Source: Dimorphilus gyrociliatus (taxonomy: Eukaryota > Animalia > Annelida). Taken from it: a stretch of 64,000 nucleotides of DNA. Both the position numbers and the translations under genes were made by a program. Under the pieces are notes generated by a model, which was not told the origin of the DNA, did no database searches, and saw only the letters and a program-made list of their open reading frames with translations. Shown one piece after another: positions 24,305 to 36,597 of the stretch. How positions within the stretch are numbered: position 1 is the first letter of the stretch; each line of letters begins with the position of its first letter. The stretch spans positions 994,677 to 1,058,676 of the forward strand of contig CAJFCJ010000006.1 in NCBI GenBank assembly GCA_904063045.1. Reading direction: 5' to 3'.

Positions 24305-24535
24305 TGTAGTTGCCGCTTATTCTGTGATAAAATATTACATAAAATAGCCATGATGCATTCGAGAAAATTCGAAAATGCAACAGTCTTTATAATGATATTT
24401 AATGACTGTTCTAAGAGTTATTCCCATAAATATAAAGTACTTACGTTTGAATATTCAAAAAAATAAACTTTTTACAAAAAGCGCTAATACAGCAAGTTCT
24501 GCTTCAGAATGTGTGCAATTGAAATGCCTTAACGA

Positions 24536-24699
24536 ATATATAGCCGGCGGATGTGACGCGAGAGTTCGGGAACTTTCTAGAATTCTACCTGTCCAATTCC
24601 ATTAGTTTGAGTGATATTTGGAAGGGGAACGCGTAACATAATACTTTTTATGCTAATTCTCGTAGCCGTATTTCCTGTCGAGTAATTTCGAGAAAGTTC
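24536..24699 (-). promoter_or_regulatory. HSC70 promoter: TATA-like element, CCAAT motif and heat-shock elements
   Basis: Four-unit HSE gTTCggGAActTTCtaGAAt at 24564-24583; three-unit TTCgaGAAagTTC at 24687-24699; TATATA near 24536-24541. A further TTCtaGAAtaTTC lies near 25062. Confidence 0.85.
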
Positions 24700-25445
24700 T
24701 TTGTTTTTTTTATCAGTTCGAAAGTTCCTTCTATTTTTAGTTTTAGTTTCGAAATATTTAAATTGAATTTAACTTTAAGATCAAAATGTATTAAGAAAAC
24801 ACTAAATTTCTGATGGCCAAAGAACTACAATAATATAAAAACTCCCAATTACTTTAACTTAATTTTAAATACTTCTTGTATTAAATTTATTAAAAACAAA
24901 TATAAAGTTGGAATCTTTGAACTTTTATTCATATTATTTGAATTTTCATCAGAAAGAAAACGTGGTTCGTTTGAACAAAACTGGGTTATTGATTCACCTG
25001 GTTAAATAATAGATCGTATGACGCAACGCAGCTGACTACGTCCTACCGAAATTATTACCTTTTCTAGAATATTCTATAGTAATATATATCACTGCTTTTT
25101 TAATTTTCAAAAGAGTTTTTATAAAATTTATCATTCTAATGTGTAAATTGAAGATACTGAACGACCAGAATACATAATTCTCAAACAGTACCGTGCCTAT
25201 GATATTCCTTAAACATAAAAAGCAATGTAATTTCTTTAAGCAAGTTTCATTTAATTTTAATCTTTTACATAAATGTTTAGTTAGTTCTCAGCTCATTTCG
25301 GGAAAATTTGCATTTGAAAATCACACTATTCAGGTTGATTATTCGGAAAAGACTAATGTAAAATTATATAGGGATCTGTGAAAGCGTGCTTAAGTATTTC
25401 TTTCTCTTTACTTTTTGTGGTCTTCTCCGAATTCCTTAGAATCTT

Positions 25446-25785
25446 GGGGCTCCACCAGCTTTATAAAATTTGGTTATTATTAGCATACAAACGCTTTTTA
25501 GCTGTTTTTGCAGGGCGTACAATTTGTCCTTTTCGGCACTCTGATTGCAATCCAACCAACAATTAAATCAGTCTACTTTTCTAAGATCATTGTCTTATCT
25601 TCTTTACTAATTTTACATTTTAATTTTTTCATGTTCGACAGTATGTTTCATTTGGAGAATATAGCTCCCCAGCGCATTCTTCCCTTTCCTTTTTGTTTAA
25701 AAACTCATCAGCCTCCTTCACCTTCCGCTCAATCTCTGCCTTTGACAATCTACCTCTAACGGTTGATACGCCAATGTTGATGTTT
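25446..25785 (-). pseudogene. degenerate remnant of the HSP70 C-terminal region (third copy, most of the gene deleted)
   Basis: Aligns by eye to 22270-22680 (GRLSKAEIERKVKEADEF...) with frameshifts and stops. Confidence 0.85.
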
Positions 25786-25802
25786 TCAATTTCTTCGCAG
25801 AA

Positions 25803-26340
25803 AGCAATATTCCAAACTTGGACTTGAAAAATGTACAATAAAAAATTTATGAAAGACGGTGAACAATACAATGGGGGTTTGTGTGTAAAACTTTACCCGT
25901 CCCAATCAATTGAATTAGACGATATTATAAGAAGGGGAACTCGTACCGTAATCATAAAAACTTTAATGAGCGTTTTTGTAGCCACATTTCTTGTCGATCA
26001 ATGTGTATTAAGAAAAAATAGACTTCTTTTGGCCTATATATTACATTATAAATAAATTCATATTTATTTAACTTAATTTTTAATAGTAATTATATTAAAT
26101 TTTTTAAAAACAAATAGAAAATTGAAAGCTGTCAACGTTTATTCACAATGTTTGAATTTTGATTAGAAAGAGAATGTTGATGTTTTCAATAAAACATTTC
26201 TATTGATACTTTCCGTTAAATAATAGATAGTACACGCAATGCAGTTGATTGTTTTTTATATAAATTGTTAGCTTTTGTATGAATATCTATTGAAATATAA
26301 TCATTTTCTTTAGTACTCCAAATGATATTTAATAAAATTT
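25803..26340. repeat. duplicated HSP70-upstream block, copy A (copy B at ~29280-29716)
   Basis: The first ~220 bp are nearly identical to 29280-29500. The rest is more diverged, with weaker similarity also near 24940-25040. Confidence 0.9.
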
Positions 26341-26874
26341 ATAATTATGCTTTGGATCATTTCTAGTACCAACTGGCCTCCTTACATATTCCCTTCGACG
26401 AGGATGGAGTTCAACTTTGCTCTCGTCACTGAATATTACTTTTCTCCACATATTTGAGCTCCATTTCAGTTTATGATTGCAAAACTGTATCTGTTTTTTA
26501 ACTTGCTTCCTATTTAAAGCTGGCTTTTTAGCTGCAATTCTCCCATTTAATTTGTATTTGCAGAGAATTTTTTTTACACTAGAGAGTGAAATCTTAATTG
26601 GAACAGGTAAATTTTCTAGAACTTCTCTAGCTGTCCATTTTGGATTTGCTCTGCATGTTTTTGTGAGTTGTAACTCCATCCTCCTAGTGATTTTGCGTGG
26701 TCTACCAGATCTGTGTAAATCTTTTATTGTTCTAAATTCTTTAAATTTATTCTTGATATTCTGCACTGTCGCAGGGCTGCAATTAAATTTTGCTGCTATG
26801 CCTCGAATGGTCATTTTTGGCATTCCTAGGTAATTCAGGATACTTTTGCGAATTTCTAGTGATAGGCGACGCAT
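26340..26874 (-). mobile_element. truncated Tc1-like transposase fragment (a different family from the element at 20149)
   Basis: HTH (MTIRGIAAKFNCSPATVQ...SGRPRK), AAKKP and VIFSDESK. It is truncated after the first catalytic Asp, where the HSP70-upstream homology begins. Confidence 0.9.
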
Positions 26875-27195
26875 TTTTTAATTATTTAAAAATAAATTGT
26901 ATATTCCGAATTCTTTGTAGAACAGGGGTACAATATTTGTATGCAACTTTTTTTTTCAATGACACTACTCATAATTACGAGGTCATAATGATGATGTTAT
27001 AATTATTTAATAGTAGTCTAAATTCATAGTATTGTAAAAGAGAGTGAAAAACTGATTCTTATAATATAGATATTTATTAGAAATTTTGTATCATGTTTCA
27101 CAAGTCATCTATCCTACAGAAAAAAATATCCACAACAATACTCTATTTTTAAATCAAAATATTTCGATTTTTAGACATTTTTACTCTTCTTATAG

Positions 27196-29233
27196 TTACT
27201 TAGTACCGCGACTGTATAATTTGGTTATTATTGGCATGCAAACACTTTCTAGATCTTTTTGCTGGTGTTCAAATTCATCCTTTTCGGCATTCTGATTTGC
27301 ATCCAACCAGGCAATAACTTCAGTGCACTTTTCTATGATGCTCGTCTTATCTTCTACACTGATTTTATCTTTGATTTTTTCATCTTCAACAGTTTGCTTC
27401 ATACCGAAGGAATAGCTCTCTAGCGCATTCTTGCTCGAGATTCTTGCTTTATGCTCTTCATCCTCTTGTTTGAATTCATCAGCCTTTCTTACCATCTTTT
27501 CAATATCTTCCTTTGACAATCTACCTTTATCGTTGGATATGGTAATTTTATTCTCTTTCGTTGTGCTCTTATCAACGGCTGATACGTTGAGGATACCGTT
27601 TACATCAATGTCAAAGGTAACTTCGATTTGTGGAACGCCTCTCGGTGCAGGGTGGATTCCAGATAATTCGAATTTACCCAATAAGTTGTTGTTTTTCGTC
27701 ATCGATCTTTCACCTTCGTATACCTTCAGAAAAAAAACAATATTTAGAACAGAATAACTAAGTTAGTCATAATTGAGCTAATAATGTAATTCAGACAGCC
27801 AAGGCAGATTAAGAACATCACAGATTTCAGGGGAAACCGCGAATGGTAGGCTAGTCAGAACGCCTTTTATCATGAGAGTTCGTTGATAATCTAAGTGTTC
27901 AAAGCCGACATACCTGAATTAAGACGCCAGGCTGATTATCACTGTAGGTGGTGAATATATGAGTTTGCTTAGTTGAAATAGTAGAATTTCTCTTAATTAG
28001 TACACTCATTACACCTCCAGCAGTTTCAATACCTAACGAAAGTGGTACCACGTCAAGAAGGAGTAAATCTTGAATTTCTTTACTGCTATTCCCTATTAAT
28101 ATGGCTGCTTGGACAGCTGCACCATATGCAACAGCTTCATCCGGATTAATTGACTTGTTCAATTCCTTGCCGTTAAAGAAATCTTGTAGAATTTTCTGAA
28201 TTTTAGGAATTCTAGTGGATCCTCCAACCAGGACGATGTCGTGAATATCCGACTTGTCCATTTTTGCATCTCTCAAAGACTTTTCAACCGGCTCCAATGT
28301 ACCTCTAAATAAATCAGCGTTCAATTCCTCAAATCTCGCTCTGGTGATGCTGGTGTAGAAGTCAACACCTTCAAATAATGAGTCAATTTCAATTGATGCT
28401 TGGGCAGATGATGAAAGTGTTCTTTTTGCTCTTTCGCAGGCTGTTCTTAGACGACGTACAGACCTCTTATTACTTGATATATCTTTCTTATGCTTCCTCT
28501 TGAATTCTTGAACAAAATGATTTACCATTCGATTGTCGAAATCTTCGCCGCCCAAATGAGTGTCTCCAGCAGTGGACTTCACTTCGAAGATTCCATCCTC
28601 AATAGTAAGTACAGATACATCAAATGTTCCACCGCCCAAATCAAAGATCAACACATTTCTTTCTCCACCAACCTTTTTGTCCAAGCCGTAAGCAATGGCA
28701 GCGGCAGTTGGTTCGTTAATTATTCTAAGAACATTTAAACCTGCAATTGTGCCAGCATCTTTAGTAGCTTGACGTTGAGAATCATTGAAGTAGGCTGGAA
28801 CTGTAACAACAGCATTAGCAATAGATTTTCCTAGATAAGCTTCTGCGGTCTCCCTCATTTTCGTCAAAACCATAGAAGATATTTCTTCCGGAAAGAATGT
28901 CTTTTTTTCGCCTTTGTATTCTACTTCAATTTTTGGCTTTCCACCATAGCCAACAACGTCGAAAGACCATTGTTTTTTGTCGCTTTGTACTATTGGATCT
29001 TCGTATCTTCTACCAATGAGTCGCTTAGCGTCAAAAACTGTGTTGGATGGATTCATAGCTACCTGGTTCTTTGCTGCGTCTCCGATAAGTCTTTCACTGT
29101 CAGTGAAAGCGACATAACTTGGAGTTGTTCTGTTTCCTTTATCATTAGCAATAATTTCAACTTTTCCTTTTTGGAATACACCAACACATGACTTGGATGT
29201 TCCCAAATCGATTCCAATTGCTATGCCAGACAT
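27196..29233 (-). CDS. HSP70 tandem duplicate lacking GGMP repeats and EEVD (615 aa; possibly a young pseudogene)
   Basis: Exons 29233-27914 and 27723-27196. The frame is open; it has IDLGTSKS in place of IDLGTTYS and ends [10 protein letters not shown]. Confidence 0.85.
27789..27875 (-). ncRNA. second U14 snoRNA copy, degenerate
   Basis: Domain A and box D are intact. Box C is mutated to ATGATAA and domain B to CTGCCTTGG. Confidence 0.75.
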
Positions 29234-29279
29234 TATAGTTGTCGTTTTATCTGATAAATACGAAATATCTACGCAGAAT

Positions 29280-29716
29280 GCAATATTTCAAGCTTGGACT
29301 TGAAAAATGTACAATAAAAAATTTATGAAAGACGGTGAACAATACAATGGGGGTTTGTGTGTAAAACTTTACCCGTCCCAATCAATTGAATTAGACGATA
29401 TTATAAGAAGGGGAACTCGTACCGTAATCATAAAAACTCTAATGAGCGTTCTTGTAGCCATATTTCTTGTCGATCAATGTGTACTAAGAAAAAAATAAAC
29501 TATTCACAATATTTGAATTTTGATTAAAAAGAGATTGTTGATGTTTTTCATAAGACATGCATATCGATCCATTCGATTAAATAATAGATCGGACACGCAA
29601 TGCAAGTAGTTGATTGTTAGTTATAAAAATTGTTAGCTTTTGTACGAATATCTATTGAAATGTAATCATTTTCTTTAGCACTCCAAATGATTTTTAATAA
29701 AATTTATCATTATGCT
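29280..29716. repeat. duplicated HSP70-upstream block, copy B
   Basis: See copy A. Confidence 0.9.
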
Positions 29717-29803
29717 ATGTAAATTCTAGGTACTGAACGATTAGGAAACATCATTCTTAAATTCTACAACGTTGCGTTTAATCAATTTGAAACTTTTAAT
29801 GTA

Positions 29804-32800
29804 ATGGTTTTTTTTTCAGCAGGTTTTTTTATTTTAACCTTGTATCCAAATATTTTGGGTCTGAGCAGTTTTAAATTTTTCACGGAAAATGCTAAAATAT
29901 TAAAGTCTCCAAAGATTATTAGATTACCGGCAAATAAGTCACATATTGTAGTGGACGTCATAGTTTTACATCATCAAACTTATCCAGTAGGTTACGAATG
30001 ACAGTATATATATTTGTTTTGGTTTTTATAGCTAAAATTCTGATGTGATTTTTAGGAAAATCTCTTAGACTATTTAAAAGTGATTATGGAAGACCTTCAG
30101 AGTAAATTAAATAATGGATCTGTTACCTACGTTTTTGAACATCATACTGTTCATATGGATTGTTCCAAAAACGCTAGTGCGAAATTAATTAGAGAGCTGA
30201 ACAGGTATACTTACAATCTTTCACTGCTTGGTTTTTTTTGAAATAATCTCTTTAATTGGAAGTTATTTCTTTTTGCAAGTATTATGATAAGGGATAGGGG
30301 AAGATGCCGAATGATCTTAGCAGGCTCTTGCACTGAATTTTGTCGAATTATTGAACAATTTAGAAAGAGCTTTGGCTCATTTTCCGTCCCTCTTGGTTGT
30401 CCCTATATAGATGAAGAAGGTAGAATTTATATATCTCAAACAAGGGAAGAATTTGACATGGTTATACTGAAATTAATGGAGGTAAGTATAAGATATAATA
30501 ACAGATAGATATATTATTTTATGCTTTCTAAACATTTAGTATATGAGATGGGAGAAATTGTCAGTTGTATACAGTACGTCAGAGATTTGGCACGAATTAG
30601 CTGTTAGACTAAAGCAAAAACTTTCTGGAAAAATCGAGATTTTTCTCAAAGAGGGTGCATCTAGAAAAAATGATAAAGAGATTATTAAGAATATATTTGA
30701 TTCTTGCCATAGAGGTAGCAAGTTTTTATTAAAGCCTATAAATTTATGAACGTATTCAAAACACTAGTCTTTCTCATGCTCGTCGATCCATACGAAGTAC
30801 AGTATTATCTTGAATACGCTGAAAAAGCAGGATATCTTAAACGAGGATATCAGCTTATCCTTGTGAATGTCTATTGTAAGAGCTTTCATGTTTGATCAAG
30901 CATAAGAATAATTTATAATAGCTTTTTACTTTTCAAAAGCTATGTATGACTTTGCCTGGGATTTAGACGATAAAAATCTATATAATGCATTTACTGGCCA
31001 AATGAGTATTGTCGATAGTATACCAAACTCTAAGGAATATCATGATTTTGTAAATAAATTCAAGCTATCAGATGATAGGATGGGATCTGGTCCATATAGA
31101 GTATAGCGCAATATCATATTTTTAAATACTTAATATTTAGTGTCTCATCCACTCTACCCTTTTATTTTAATATAAATATAGACTTGGAATAGTCTTTTGA
31201 CTCTATACTTTTATAAAACATTCGAGTATTATGCAAATTACTTGGCATCAATAAATTCAAGTTCATTAAATGAAGAATTTAAATGGAGCATGAATGTTAT
31301 TAATCAAAAGCCTAGCTTATCAATTTTGTTGGGAGCTGGAAAGTACGTAATAGAATACGCTAGATTCGACAACGGAAATCTTACAAAGGTTTACGAACCT
31401 CTGACTGAAAGGGAATGTTTTTCCGGAAATAAAACTTATCCAACTATGGATTGGTGCTCCAGAAAAGTAGTAATGCTCACCGAACAGAAAATAAATATTG
31501 GAACTTTAATTGGAATATGGAAAGTTACAATAAAGTTTACTAAAATGTCTAATATAGTAATATTAATACTTGTTAAATATAGGATTGCATCAATTCTTCC
31601 AATAATTCCACTATTTGCCTTTTACGTTATGTACTTGATAAAAGATAGAAGACTAAGAACCAATCGCGATTGGTTAGTTAACTTAGAAGATTTAGAATTG
31701 ACGCAAGCTGATCTGTTCAGTGAGAGTGCGAAATTATCACCCAGAATAGAAACTTATAGTCGGGAACGAATTGACAATACAAGTAGATTTCACTGTAATG
31801 TCGCCCTTTATAATGGTAAAATGATCAGCATAAGAAGAATTTACACTTTCATTAATCTTACGGATCGTAGTATTTTATCAGAATTTGTTCAGGTTTATTA
31901 TAATAATTTAAAGATTTTCCCAACTTATGATAAAATCGGAAAATAGATGAAAGAAATGACGCATGTAAATATAAATCCCTTCTATGGGGTTATAGTAGAT
32001 CCTCAATTTACTTGCATAATCTCAGGATATTGTCAAAAAGGTTCTCTTCAGGAAGTATTAGCGTCTAGAATTTTCCAGCTGGATGATGCTTTTAAATTAT
32101 CCTTCGCTACTGATATAACTGCGGGCTTAGATTATATTCATAATAGTTTTCTCCTTTCTCATGGAAGATTGCGTAGCAGTAATTGCTTAATTGATGAAAG
32201 ATGGACTGTAAGAATATCGGATTTCGGATTGAATGCTCTTCGTTCAAAAGTTTTACATTAACTAACAAATTAGGAAATAAATATTAAACAGACACGTCTT
32301 TGTAGGAAAATGATCCTCTAAGGACTGAAGAGGATGAGACTTTGAAACAACTTTGGACGGCTCCAGAGCTCCTAAGATTAAAAGTACCCCCGATTAATGG
32401 AACAGCCGCTGGTGATGTATATTCTTTTGGTATCATATTACAGGAAATACTTCTTGAAGCTCCTCCCTTTGTTATGGAGCTCTGGGATCATGATCCTAAG
32501 AACGTGTTGTCAAAAATCAAAGAGATAAGATTTCCGCCATTTAGACCATCTTTGCCAAAAGATCAGCAGGAAAGCGTATTAACTGATTTGATGAAAGCTT
32601 GTTGGGAAGAAGAATCTACTTTAAGACCTCGTTTTCAAGAAATAAAAAATACATTGCGCCAGGCGAATAAAGGGAAACAATTTTGCATAGTTGACCACGT
32701 TATGGCAGCCATGGAAATCAAAGCAGAAAAGCTTAATGCAAACGTCTCAAAGCAGAGACGCTATTTGAAGGCTGAAAATGCAAAGGTCAACCACTATCAA

Positions 32801-34516
32801 CTGAGACTTCTTCCTGTTCATACAAATGAACTAGATATATTAAATGTGTCTGGTTGCCGATATTTAAGACACAATAGAGTTGCTGTTTGTCTATTCTCTT
32901 TCACAAAATTACATAAGTGCGCTAATGAGATGAAAGTGGGAGACTTTGCCCATTTTGTCACCAATTTACACAGAACAATTGACATCGTTCTGGAATCTAA
33001 GAAAGTATGTCTAGCGGGGCAAATTGGACAATCTCAATTAGCATTATGTGGATTGTCTGCTTTTACCAATCAACCAGTTCGTAATATGATTGAGGTGATG
33101 TTTTTATTACGATCAGCTGTGGAGCGCGAATCTTCAAAAGTAGAGATATCAACTCAAAATGCAGTAAAATCAACAATTGATGTTGACGTTGGACTACAGT
33201 TAGGTATTCATGTTGGCCCAATCTCTACACTAAGCTTTCAGATAGTTCTAAATCATATCTGTTTTGTTGGAAATGCTATTACAATTGCATCAGTTGTTAA
33301 ATCGCTCTCTGTTCCCAATAAGATAATAGTAACAAATTCTGTCAGGGAAGCTTTATCATTCGAAAATGAATATGACTGGCAACCTGCTTTTAAATTGATA
33401 ATTAACTATTCCATGTCGCAATTTGTAAGTGTCAGTTTTATATGAACTTGTTTTAAAAAGTCCTTAGTTACCAACTTCATTAGACTAGGTCCGAATATGT
33501 GTGCTATTCTGTTAATTATAAAAAGACGAAAATAACGACCCCTAAGCAAATTGTTGAGATTGTTAAAGCCTCCCACGATCCTCCTGTAATAATTCTGGAA
33601 GAAGAAGATGAAATTAGCTGTGATGAGACCCTGAGCGGGTTTGTCCAACTTGAACCTGTTGCCGTACCAACACCCGAACAAACTAAAAATTTATATTCGA
33701 AATTAGGTTTTTAATGTTATAATATGATAAAAATAAGCGGATTTCTTACAATAATGCGTTTTTACAGAAAAAATGCCATCTGAAGAAGTCAGCGAGAAGC
33801 AAACTCCTAATGGTTCTGTTGTGGAGGAAACTATTTCTTCTATAAATGATAGGAATGAACGGGAAAGCTATAAAACAACCTTAACGTCCAGAAAGTCGTC
33901 GTCTGAAAAAATGTACAACTTGAAAGAAGCAATTGCGGTATATTTAATCAACACATTAAGACTATTAACAGTTTAACAGCTTTATCGGTTGAATACTTCA
34001 ATCTAACACACTTAATGGCCTTGAGAAGTTTTTTAATATTCCTCTTCTATAAATACAGTAAATAATTAAAAAAACTGCTCTTAGGGTCCCAGCGGATTGT
34101 CCGAAAAATCAGATAGACGACCAGACACTGCAATTGCTGCAGAGGAAGAATGGAAAAGTTTACAAATGAATTTACAAACGGAAATTTTATTAACTCCCAA
34201 GCTCCCTTCGAAGATAACAGGAAGGATAGGAACGCCTTCATTAAAAGCTGATTATTCTGACGAGCCCGATTTAAAGACATTAGCTGAATCAAGTAAAAGT
34301 ACAATATCTACTTCAGCAAAAAGATCTATTACAGTACAAACACAACAATCAACATTAAAGGAGCTAAAGGATGTAGAGACTTTAATTGAAAACCCACAGG
34401 TTTTTCAAAGAGATGATGTAATATCAAAAAATTATTGTATTATATCAACTCAAACGAAGAGAAGTGTATTGTATAGATTAAAGACATCACACGAACGATT
34501 TAAGCCGTTCTATTAA
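29804..34516 (+). CDS. receptor-type guanylyl cyclase homologue (signal peptide, ectodomain, TM, kinase-homology domain, degenerate cyclase domain, long tail); downstream exon boundaries approximate
   Basis: First exons 29804-29986, 30056-30204, 30280-30481, 30540-30714. TM IASILPIIPLFAFYVMYL; kinase-homology motifs HVNINPFYG, YCQKGSLQEVL, HGRLRSSNCLIDERWTVRISDFGL, LWTAPELLR, GDVYSFGIILQEI, CWEEESTLRP. The cyclase-like region has LGIHVGP and HICFVGN. Confidence 0.85.
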
Positions 34517-36597
34517 AATAATAGAAAAGAGGGGAATAGAAAGAAAGGAATAGAGATGTAAACGGAAAAGAAGACGAAGAAAAAAGATATATATATATAT
34601 ACATAAATTTATATATTTAAAAAATCTTAAAATAAATAATATAAAGAAAAAAAAAAGGAAATTTGGCAAGTATAGAGCATGCCTGAAAGAAGATTTAGTT
34701 CTGTTGTTTTAAAGTAAACAGACAACTTCTATTTACGAAAGAAATTTAAAGTAAAGTTTGTTCTCTAAAGTCACGTAAGACGACGAATTAGAGAAAACTC
34801 ATTCAAATTTTAGTATAATATATGAAAATTCAATTAAGTAAAAATAGAATTTCTTTTTTTTTTTACATTGTTATATATGAAAGAAAAACTGCTTGTAAAT
34901 GATTAATACAGTATAATTACCTTAAATATACCAAATGTACAAGTTTGTTATCTAGGTCATATGTTGATAGGTATGTTTATAAATTAGGAGGTTATATATA
35001 TACTGCATACAATGAATAGATAATGAATAGGTTATACAGCAGGTAGAACAATTAAATAATATCTTATCTATAATTTACATTTCAGTACTTTTAAATAGAG
35101 TAAAACATGAAAGTAATGATAGCAACTTATTTCTATAGCTGGAAAATTTTTCTAGGTGTGACAGTAATTATCCATACGCTTCTAACGAACACAATTTACA
35201 AAAGAAAAATAACATTATATGAAATATATTAATCATCCTCCCTTTCATTTTTATTCTATTGTGTACTATGTATTAATATAGTATATACAGGTATATTAAT
35301 TGTGTTATACTCTATTTATTTGCAGTTTGTTCAGTCTATATAAATGTACAGTATATCTTCAATATATTTTAAATAATATCGTATGATATTAACATAAAAG
35401 TTTGTTTCTTTTTCATCTTTCTCCCTCTCCCTCTCTCTCTTTCTCCCTATCTCTTTTCCTAAACTCTATTTTCTATTTTTTATTAAATATAAGATAATTT
35501 ATTCAGATTGTCTTAAATGCAATATTACTCTTTACATAAAAACTCTCCCCCTACACGCCATCTAATAAAAAAAACTACTAGAAACAAAATCTCAGCAGTA
35601 ATAGATTTCCTTTTACTTGTTTGTTTTCCTTGTCTTACCTGAGTTCGCATTATTTATGGAAATAGCTTGTCGTATGGTTAGGAGTAGGAATTACTCTAAG
35701 AGAAGGATAAAAGAAACATGTATTTTATCCTTCTAAAGATGATTAGTACGGTAAGAATTCGTTTAGTTTGTAAAATGCATAGATTGTAAAATGGAATTCT
35801 TACATTTAAATGATATAACTCTACAGAGCCTGTATTTTCAGGAATTAAATAAAAAGAAGGTCTAATATTGAATTATTTGGAAATTTATGTTGAAACTTCC
35901 TTTATTAATATTAATGATGCCATGAAACTTTATTGAAGTAGAAGAACTATCATTTCTTTTTAGCATACCGCCAATATTTGTGTTCAAAACATACCAAACA
36001 TAGATATTTTAATTCGTGTAGTTGTATAATAGACTTTATTGAAAATATTATATACCTGTCTCATTTATGTCATATTTACGAATAAAAATCTGTTTCTTTT
36101 TGCAACAGCACGTCTTGAGGCTTGAAAAATAATTATTTGCAGCTTTTTCTGCTAATATATCTATAATGAAGCGTTTATTAAAGTATCACGTATGTCTAAT
36201 TTATTTATGTGCAGATAATAAAGAAAATGGCTATTTATAATTTTGAATAAACTTAATTTAGAAAAATCTATAAAGGTTTTTAATTGGTAAACTTCACTTT
36301 GTTGTTTCTTTGGAAAATTAATGAATTCATTAGAAGATGTTGACGAGAGTTTTAGATTTGTGTTACTCTTAGCATGACTGGTTTCTGTCAACAATCGAAA
36401 AAATACTTTGATTTTGAGCTGAGGGAAGCGGTACCTTATTTCCCGAATCGGTGTTTAGATCGATTTATTTAAGAACTCGTGGTTTGATATTTTTATTAAC
36501 TACAGGCAGAAAACGATGAAATAACAATGAAAATTTTAAATTACGACGATTCTTATTAATAATAATAGACACTTTGCGCTTAGTAAATATTTAAAAT

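Noticed and set aside
35630-36400. Minus-strand splice-like sites and short ORFs divergent from NOA1; 12-bp hairpin near 35700-35735
   Set aside because: I could not assemble a stop-free frame, and the hairpin is too short for a pre-miRNA. It could be a lncRNA, but this is unsupported.
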